Of a stretch of 64,000 nucleotides of DNA, positions 58,478-64,000 are shown in pieces (the first letter of the stretch is position 1; every line of letters begins with the position of its first letter). The position numbers were made by a program, and so were the translations under genes. The notes under the pieces are model-generated. The model was not told where the DNA came from and ran no database searches. It saw nothing but the letters and a program-made list of their open reading frames with translations. Source of the DNA: a virus; the IMG/VR virus record IMGVR_UViG_3300032294_003343, positions 105,184 through 169,183 of that record. One strand, given 5' to 3'.

Positions 58478-59539
58478 TTACGCCTTTTCCCTATTTGCGT
58501 ACTTTTCTATAATTTTGAGAACACCTGTAGTTGCAACAATGTCCTCGGAAACAGTTTGCCTTATGTCTTTTGAAATGTTATACAATTGTTCTGCGATATC
58601 TATAAGCAACAAAGTATCAACAGACTTGGCTATATTTTCTATATCTTCATCTCTTTCAACCTTTTTTGTTTTAATAACAACATATCTGAAGGCTGTAATG
58701 AAGATATTTGATGTTTCTGCTAATAAATTACCTAAATTTCTTCCCTCTGCGTTGGCTGATTGAATTAATCTAAACGCATTAGCAAAATCTTCGTTGATAA
58801 TTGTGTAAGAAAGATCAATTGCAAGCTGTTTTGGCGATCTATCAAGCAATTCTCTGATGTTTTCTTCAGATATATCTTTATAAGAAGCTTGCTCAAGAAT
58901 AGATAATGCAGTTCTAGCACTACCTTCAGCATCAGTGGCAATAAGATCTAATGCCTCTTCTTCAAAAACAAGATTTTCTTTCTCACAAACATCTGAAAGC
59001 AGTTCAACTAAATTTTGTTTAGTCAACTTTTTCATCATAAATGTCTGGCAACGAGTATGGATGGCACGAAGAATCTTATGAGGATCTGTTGTGCAAAAGA
59101 AAAACTTTACATATGCTGGTGGTTCTTCAGTAAGCTTGATAAGAGATGTTTGTGCTTGAGTGGTAAGCATTTGAGCTTCATCAAGAATAAAAATCTTGTA
59201 TTTACCTAATGTTGGAGCAAGACGAGATAATTGAACTACATTTTCTCGGATGTGATCAACGCCATTATTTACAGCACAATTGATTTCATAAACATCTGGA
59301 TGTTCATCATTCAAGACCATATCTTTCAAATCGTCTTGATCATCATTGCAAAGAAGATGTGCTGAAGCAACACGAGCAAGAGTTGTCTTACCAGTACCAG
59401 GAGGGCCAGAAAAAATATAGGCGTGAGTAGTCCTGGTATTCTTAATTTGAATTTCAAGAATTTCTGCTGATTTACTGCCCTTTATATCTTTGAATGTTTT
59501 GGGGCGATATTTATTATAATAGCTTTGACTAATCATCAT
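58478..59539 (-). CDS. dnaX: DNA polymerase III gamma/tau clamp-loader ATPase
   Basis: KYRPKTF, GPPGTGKTT, DEAQML, LTEEPP, TRCQ; Zn-finger Cys cluster absent. Confidence 0.88.
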   Translation of the reverse strand: MMISQSYYNKYRPKTFKDIKGSKSAEILEIQIKNTRTTHAYIFSGPPGTGKTTLARVASAHLLCNDDQDDLKDMVLNDEHPDVYEINCAVNNGVDHIRENVVQLSRLAPTLGKYKIFILDEAQMLTTQAQTSLIKLTEEPPAYVKFFFCTTDPHKILRAIHTRCQTFMMKKLTKQNLVELLSDVCEKENLVFEEEALDLIATDAEGSARTALSILEQASYKDISEENIRELLDRSPKQLAIDLSYTIINEDFANAFRLIQSANAEGRNLGNLLAETSNIFITAFRYVVIKTKKVERDEDIENIAKSVDTLLLIDIAEQLYNISKDIRQTVSEDIVATTGVLKIIEKYANREKA

Positions 59540-60011
59540 CTTCCATCGGTAATATAAGAGGTAAGGCGTGAGTACCTTCTAAAAGAGAGGGCAAACCTTC
59601 CTTCGACATCCAATAAGGACCAAATCCAGTTCTAACAAAATATTCTGTAATAAAGCCATAATCTTGAACGTCGAATGTACGAATTTTACCATCCAATGAA
59701 GGACTTATCGAATACAAGCAACGGAAAATAATCCATTCCTTTTTAGACTGTTCTAATTCTTCCCATAAGTCAGACCACACACCAAGGCAGTAAACTTTTC
59801 CATTACCAAGAGATTGTAAAATTCCCCTAGCCCAAGATTGAGTTAGCCCCGACATAATATATGGCGGGGCATTCTTTCCTTTATATCCATCCATCTCTAC
59901 AAAATGAACTAGATCCAAATTTACATATCCTAAAAATGGATAATATTTAGAAACAAGCTTTTCTGCAATTTCTTGGCACTCAATGGATTCTATAAATTCT
60001 GGATCACTCAT
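59529..60011 (-). CDS. phage metallopeptidase-like protein, apparently degenerate
   Basis: family pattern (IAEKLV...W..L....K..IIF..L..I...IRTFDVQDY...G..W) with RCLYS where HExxH is expected. Confidence 0.5.
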   Translation of the reverse strand: MSDPEFIESIECQEIAEKLVSKYYPFLGYVNLDLVHFVEMDGYKGKNAPPYIMSGLTQSWARGILQSLGNGKVYCLGVWSDLWEELEQSKKEWIIFRCLYSISPSLDGKIRTFDVQDYGFITEYFVRTGFGPYWMSKEGLPSLLEGTHALPLILPMEDDD

Positions 60012-60343
60012 AATGATAATTGTGTCACTGCAACAACTTGACCATTCTCATCACGAATTGCTGTTGGGCCTGTATCTACACTGAATACATCTTCACGATC
60101 AAATGGAATGAATTCCATCGAAACTCGACTAACGATGTAATAAACACCATCCTCAGGATCAGGAAGATTTACAATTTTTTCAAAATGAGTTTCAGCAACA
60201 GGAACGCTTGCAACTTTACCAATAATTCTTTGTTTAGTTTGAACAAAGCAAGGATTTTCTGCTCTTGGTAAAGTTCCATATCCTGAAATTGTAATATCGT
60301 GCCCAATCAAGTTCACAAATTTCTTAAATTCTGGATACATCAT
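60008..60343 (-). CDS. conserved viral hypothetical protein
   Basis: VNLIGHDI...NLPDPEDGVYYIVSR...DTGP..RDENG. Confidence 0.6.
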   Translation of the reverse strand: MMYPEFKKFVNLIGHDITISGYGTLPRAENPCFVQTKQRIIGKVASVPVAETHFEKIVNLPDPEDGVYYIVSRVSMEFIPFDREDVFSVDTGPTAIRDENGQVVAVTQLSL

Positions 60344-60717
60344 AAATTGATACCTGCAATACCCTCATTACGCTTTGGCTGATACAAGAAACCTGATTGG
60401 TCTCCATTGGCTCTCAAGTCATTAATAAGAACTCTAGACCCACCACCAATACCCATTACCAATTGATCGTAAACAATTCCAGCATAAGAAAGCTGCTTGA
60501 CTGTTACATCACGCAAACTTTCTTTTCTGCCAGTAGTGAGAATAATCTTAAAACCTTTGCTATCCCATTCACGAATCTTATCTACAGTTCCGTGAATAAT
60601 TTTTGGTTGATATCCAGGCTTCGCAATTTCAGTGGGATCACCTTGCTCCCAAAGTGTTCCGTCTAAATCACAAAAAATAGTGTAATTCTTTGTGGCTTGA
60701 TCAATATTGTGTTCCAT
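60340..60717 (-). CDS. HAD-superfamily phosphatase
   Basis: FCDLDGT, LTTGR, LIND. Confidence 0.8.
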   Translation of the reverse strand: MEHNIDQATKNYTIFCDLDGTLWEQGDPTEIAKPGYQPKIIHGTVDKIREWDSKGFKIILTTGRKESLRDVTVKQLSYAGIVYDQLVMGIGGGSRVLINDLRANGDQSGFLYQPKRNEGIAGINL

Positions 60718-61229
60718 TACTTACCTGTACTGCCCAATCCACCTTTACGGGATGTCTTATCAGTCTTTCCAAATTCTTCAACTTCGACAAGTTCGTGATC
60801 AGCTAACTTTGCCACAACCATTTGAGCAATTCGATCACCGTGCTTGATTGAAAATGGAATCTTGTTGTGATTGATAAGAATTACCTTAAGTTCAAAATCT
60901 TCACCATCACCACAATAATCACTGTCAATAGTGCCTGGAGTATTGAGAACAGTAACACCAAACTTAGCAGCCAAGCCAGATCTAGGACGAATTTGAATTT
61001 CGTAACCATTTGGAATATTTACATTAAGACCAGTAGGAACAATCAAAGTTGAATGTGGTGCAACAAGAGTTTGTTCATCATAAGAATCTTTTAACCAAGC
61101 ACAAATATCATAACCTGCTGCACTTTCAGTGGCTTTCTTAGGAATAACTGCATCCTCACGAAAAGCCTTGATCTCAACTGTTGCTTTAGGACCTGATACT
61201 GAAACCTGTCCACTACCTGATGCTGCCAT
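60717..61229 (-). CDS. dut: dUTP diphosphatase (trimeric)
   Basis: AGYDI, RPRSGLA, GTIDSDY, RIAQ, RKGGLGSTG. Confidence 0.95.
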   Translation of the reverse strand: MAASGSGQVSVSGPKATVEIKAFREDAVIPKKATESAAGYDICAWLKDSYDEQTLVAPHSTLIVPTGLNVNIPNGYEIQIRPRSGLAAKFGVTVLNTPGTIDSDYCGDGEDFELKVILINHNKIPFSIKHGDRIAQMVVAKLADHELVEVEEFGKTDKTSRKGGLGSTGK

Positions 61230-61230
61230 A

Positions 61231-61548
61231 TTAAATACCTTCCTCATTCTTAATCATATCTGCAGTAATTTCTTCGGCTTCTGGATTGAATATAAGAGAC
61301 AATGGATGTTCACGATTTTTAAGAGCAATCGTAAAATTGATCAATTCTCTACCTTCTAAATATCGATCCATCTTTGTCAAATCTTTAATATCTTCCAGTG
61401 ATAACACAGCAGTATACACTCTTTCAGACTTTACATCTTGAAGTTGAAGCCAAATAAATTGAACAATTGTAGGCTCGTCCTCAGTGCCTTCATCTTCCTT
61501 CAATACTGCATCTAAAATCTTAACTTCTCTAACTACTGATTTTGCCAT
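61231..61548 (-). CDS. hypothetical protein
   Basis: 105-aa ORF at the head of the replication operon; TATAAT 6 nt before ATG. Confidence 0.6.
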   Translation of the reverse strand: MAKSVVREVKILDAVLKEDEGTEDEPTIVQFIWLQLQDVKSERVYTAVLSLEDIKDLTKMDRYLEGRELINFTIALKNREHPLSLIFNPEAEEITADMIKNEEGI

Positions 61549-61585
61549 ACAAGGATTATATCTTATAAATAGTAAAATGTAAATT

Positions 61586-62431
61586 ATGTGGTACCGATTA
61601 GCTCAACTAGGTTCTTTTTTGCCTTCATTTATTTCAGATCCAACCGTTAGTAATTTAGCATCTGGAGAGAATAATTTTATTGCTATAGAAGATAAGATAA
61701 ATAAACTTATAAGGCAATTGAAACCAGAAGACCAATTAGAGTTTAAAAATAGATTATATGAATTAAGACAACAAAATTCATCTCAAAGCTCATTCTCTTC
61801 TCAAGACAGAATGGAGAATTGGAATAATCTTATTAATGATGTAAGTAATCAAGTATTTAAACAAAAAATCAATATCACAAATAATATTAAGTCTATTGTT
61901 GATAAAAGAACTGTAGGCCGTTATGAAGACGGTGAATTCAAGGATGCTGATAAATTATTTAAGGAATATCTAAATGCCCAAGGTAATTTAAATATTTTTT
62001 CAAATATTAAGTCAAGCTCAGATGTTTATGAGATTACAAGCTTTTTCATTAATAATGCTACAGATCCAAAATTTGATATTGTAAAAAAAATTATCAAAAA
62101 ATTTCCTACAAAAATTTTGAACTATACAGAAGTTTTTGATTTACTTTTAAACTTTTATTTAGAATATAAGTTAAGAGAAGTCAAGTCTGCACTTGAAAGA
62201 AAACAACCCTTATCTACAGATGATAAATTAGCAATTGATTTTATAAATTCCAAGATTATTTTGCATTCTGGAAAAATAGGTATCAATCTTTTCAATATTA
62301 CTAATAAAGATATTTTTGGAGCACTTTTAGGTTCTATTTCATCTACAGCTTTAGAAGGCGTTGAAGGATTACAAAATCAAATGAATGTCAACCAAAGTAT
62401 ACAACAATTGATAAACAATACAAGGCAATAA
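61586..62431 (+). CDS. hypothetical protein with MWYRLAQ leader
   Basis: 281-aa ORF. Confidence 0.6.
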   Translation: MWYRLAQLGSFLPSFISDPTVSNLASGENNFIAIEDKINKLIRQLKPEDQLEFKNRLYELRQQNSSQSSFSSQDRMENWNNLINDVSNQVFKQKINITNNIKSIVDKRTVGRYEDGEFKDADKLFKEYLNAQGNLNIFSNIKSSSDVYEITSFFINNATDPKFDIVKKIIKKFPTKILNYTEVFDLLLNFYLEYKLREVKSALERKQPLSTDDKLAIDFINSKIILHSGKIGINLFNITNKDIFGALLGSISSTALEGVEGLQNQMNVNQSIQQLINNTRQ

Positions 62432-62432
62432 T

Positions 62433-62795
62433 ATGTGGTATCGATTGGCTCAAGATCAAAATGATATTCAAAAATTAATTAACTTCTTTATGAATAAATA
62501 TCCTGAAGTTATCTTAAGAATTACAGAATTTGAAAACAAAATCAAGTTAGATAAAATATTCATTCCCAAAGAGATGAGAGGTATGGGTATAGGAACAGAA
62601 ATTATTACTGCTATTAAGGAATATAGCCAAAGAGCAAACAAACCTATTGTTCTTAATCCTGAACCTGAAAAAGGTAAAAAGGGTGCTCTTCAAAGATTTT
62701 ATGAGCGAAATGAATTTGTAGATAATGCTGGAAGAAGAAAAGATTACGATTTGACAGATACATTTTCTAGAACAATGTATTACAAACCAAAATAA
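62433..62795 (+). CDS. GNAT-family acetyltransferase with MWYRLAQ leader
   Basis: IFIPKEMRGMGIGT acetyl-CoA loop; LQRFYERNEF. Confidence 0.75.
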   Translation: MWYRLAQDQNDIQKLINFFMNKYPEVILRITEFENKIKLDKIFIPKEMRGMGIGTEIITAIKEYSQRANKPIVLNPEPEKGKKGALQRFYERNEFVDNAGRRKDYDLTDTFSRTMYYKPK

Positions 62796-62825
62796 AAAAA
62801 GAGGGGATTTCTCCCCTCTTTTTTT
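62794..62825. terminator. bidirectional intrinsic terminator
   Basis: A7-GAGGGGA-TTTC-TCCCCTC-T7 between convergent genes. Confidence 0.85.
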
Positions 62826-64000
62826 ATGCTCCGCAGCTTTCGCAATCTGGATTATCTAATGAACAGACTTTTGCAGTAAATTCATTAGGATCAAAATCCT
62901 TCATTTGCTCCACTTCTTTAGGTTTTTCTACCTCTTGGATTGATGCGCTAGAAAGATCAATTCCAAGACCCTTTAATGCTTGCGCTTTTGGCTTGACACG
63001 TAAGTAATACATACCTGTCTTCAAACCTAATTTCCAACCATACATATGAGCAGAAGATAATTTACTTGCAGTTGGTTCAGCCATAAACATATTCAATGAT
63101 TGTGATTGATCAATGAAGTATGAACGATCACGAGCCATTTCAAGAAGAGACTTACCCTTCATCTCCCAAACTGTCTTGTAAACTTCTTTGATATCAGTTG
63201 GAATTTCAGGAATGTTTTGAACTGAACCATTCTCATTGAACAATTTCAGTCTAACATTGTCACTCCATATACCAAGATTGACAAGATCCTCAACTAAATG
63301 CTTATTGATAACAGCATATTCACCACTCAAAGTATTACGCTTGTAGAGATTGGTAGTAAAAGGCTCAAAACACTCATTATTTCCAAGAATTTGTGCAGTT
63401 GAAGCAGTGGGCATTGGAGCAACAAGAAGTGAATTTCTCAAACCAAATTGCTTGATTTCTTCTTTGAGCGCTGAAAAATCCCACATACCGGAAAGATCAT
63501 TCTCATTAAGTCCCCATAAGTCATATTGTAGTGAACCTTGAGATGCTGGAGATCCTTCAAAAGACGCATAAGAGCCATATTTCTTTGCCAAATCCTTAGA
63601 TGCAGTAAGAGCAGCAAAGTAAATTGTTTCAAAGATATCCTTGTTCAATTTACGAGCTTCTTCTGATTCAAACGGAAGACCCATCATAACAAAAGTGTCA
63701 GCCAATCCCTGAACACCTAATCCAATAGGACGATGCTTCAGATTTGATGCCTTTGTTTCTGGAGTTGGATAGTAATTTACGTCGATGACCTGATTCAAGT
63801 TGACTGTTGCTTGATAAACAACATCGAACAAGAATTTGAAGTCATACTTACGTAACTTCTTATCTTTCTCACGAACTTTACCAGATGGGATGATTACATA
63901 TTTTGGCAATGCAATAGAAGCAAGATTACAAACAGCAGTCTCATTCTTATCTGTGTACTCAATAATTTCAGTACAGAGATTTGAAGACTTGATTGTTCCA
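62824..64000 (-). CDS. nrdA: ribonucleoside-diphosphate reductase class Ia alpha subunit (3' part; continues beyond window)
   Basis: SNLCTEI, VCNLAS, HRPIGLGVQG, PMPTAST, DQSQSLN, KTGMYY, C-terminal CESC. Confidence 0.95.
   Translation of the reverse strand, partial: GTIKSSNLCTEIIEYTDKNETAVCNLASIALPKYVIIPSGKVREKDKKLRKYDFKFLFDVVYQATVNLNQVIDVNYYPTPETKASNLKHRPIGLGVQGLADTFVMMGLPFESEEARKLNKDIFETIYFAALTASKDLAKKYGSYASFEGSPASQGSLQYDLWGLNENDLSGMWDFSALKEEIKQFGLRNSLLVAPMPTASTAQILGNNECFEPFTTNLYKRNTLSGEYAVINKHLVEDLVNLGIWSDNVRLKLFNENGSVQNIPEIPTDIKEVYKTVWEMKGKSLLEMARDRSYFIDQSQSLNMFMAEPTASKLSSAHMYGWKLGLKTGMYYLRVKPKAQALKGLGIDLSSASIQEVEKPKEVEQMKDFDPNEFTAKVCSLDNPDCESCGA

Noticed and set aside
1-64000. Genome-wide stop-codon recoding (code 4/15/25)
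   Set aside because: Genes are full length in code 11 and many end in TGA with ATGA coupling (e.g. 6262, 8526, 10244, 24136, 26777); only one suspicious in-frame UGA was found

Overview
AT-rich, gene-dense 64 kb segment of a large (jumbo/huge) tailed dsDNA phage genome; no rRNA, tRNA or CRISPR seen. From left to right: (1) 1-6.9 kb, + strand tail/structural genes, including two tail-tube-like genes each followed by a chaperone-like gene; (2) 6.8-29.2 kb, a ~22 kb nucleotide-sugar/glycan island of about 25 genes (three TPP-dependent units, two C-3 deoxygenases, NeuB, B12 radical SAM, three paralogous soluble glycosyltransferases, no exporter or polymerase); (3) 29.2-50.5 kb, - strand head module (small HK97-type major capsid, decoration, acidic scaffold, ~1380-aa prohead protease, portal fused to a DUF559-type nuclease, core proteins, terminase); (4) 50.7-64 kb, - strand replication/transcription genes (two sigma factors, one SigH-like; Pol III delta, beta and gamma/tau; PurA; dUTPase; NrdA), interrupted by + strand genes that share an N-terminal MWY leader. 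The most notable signals are a putative capsid-targeting and cleavage code (MWY and LDxxGxYxxAD leaders plus [K/R]-x-A-[S/Q] sites), an in-frame UGA separating a head-module gene from an intact DUF192 domain, a SigH-like AGG-N18-GAA promoter before structural genes, leaderless -10-only promoters, and a candidate virion-glycosylation island. All product calls come from motif recognition by eye, not database searches.
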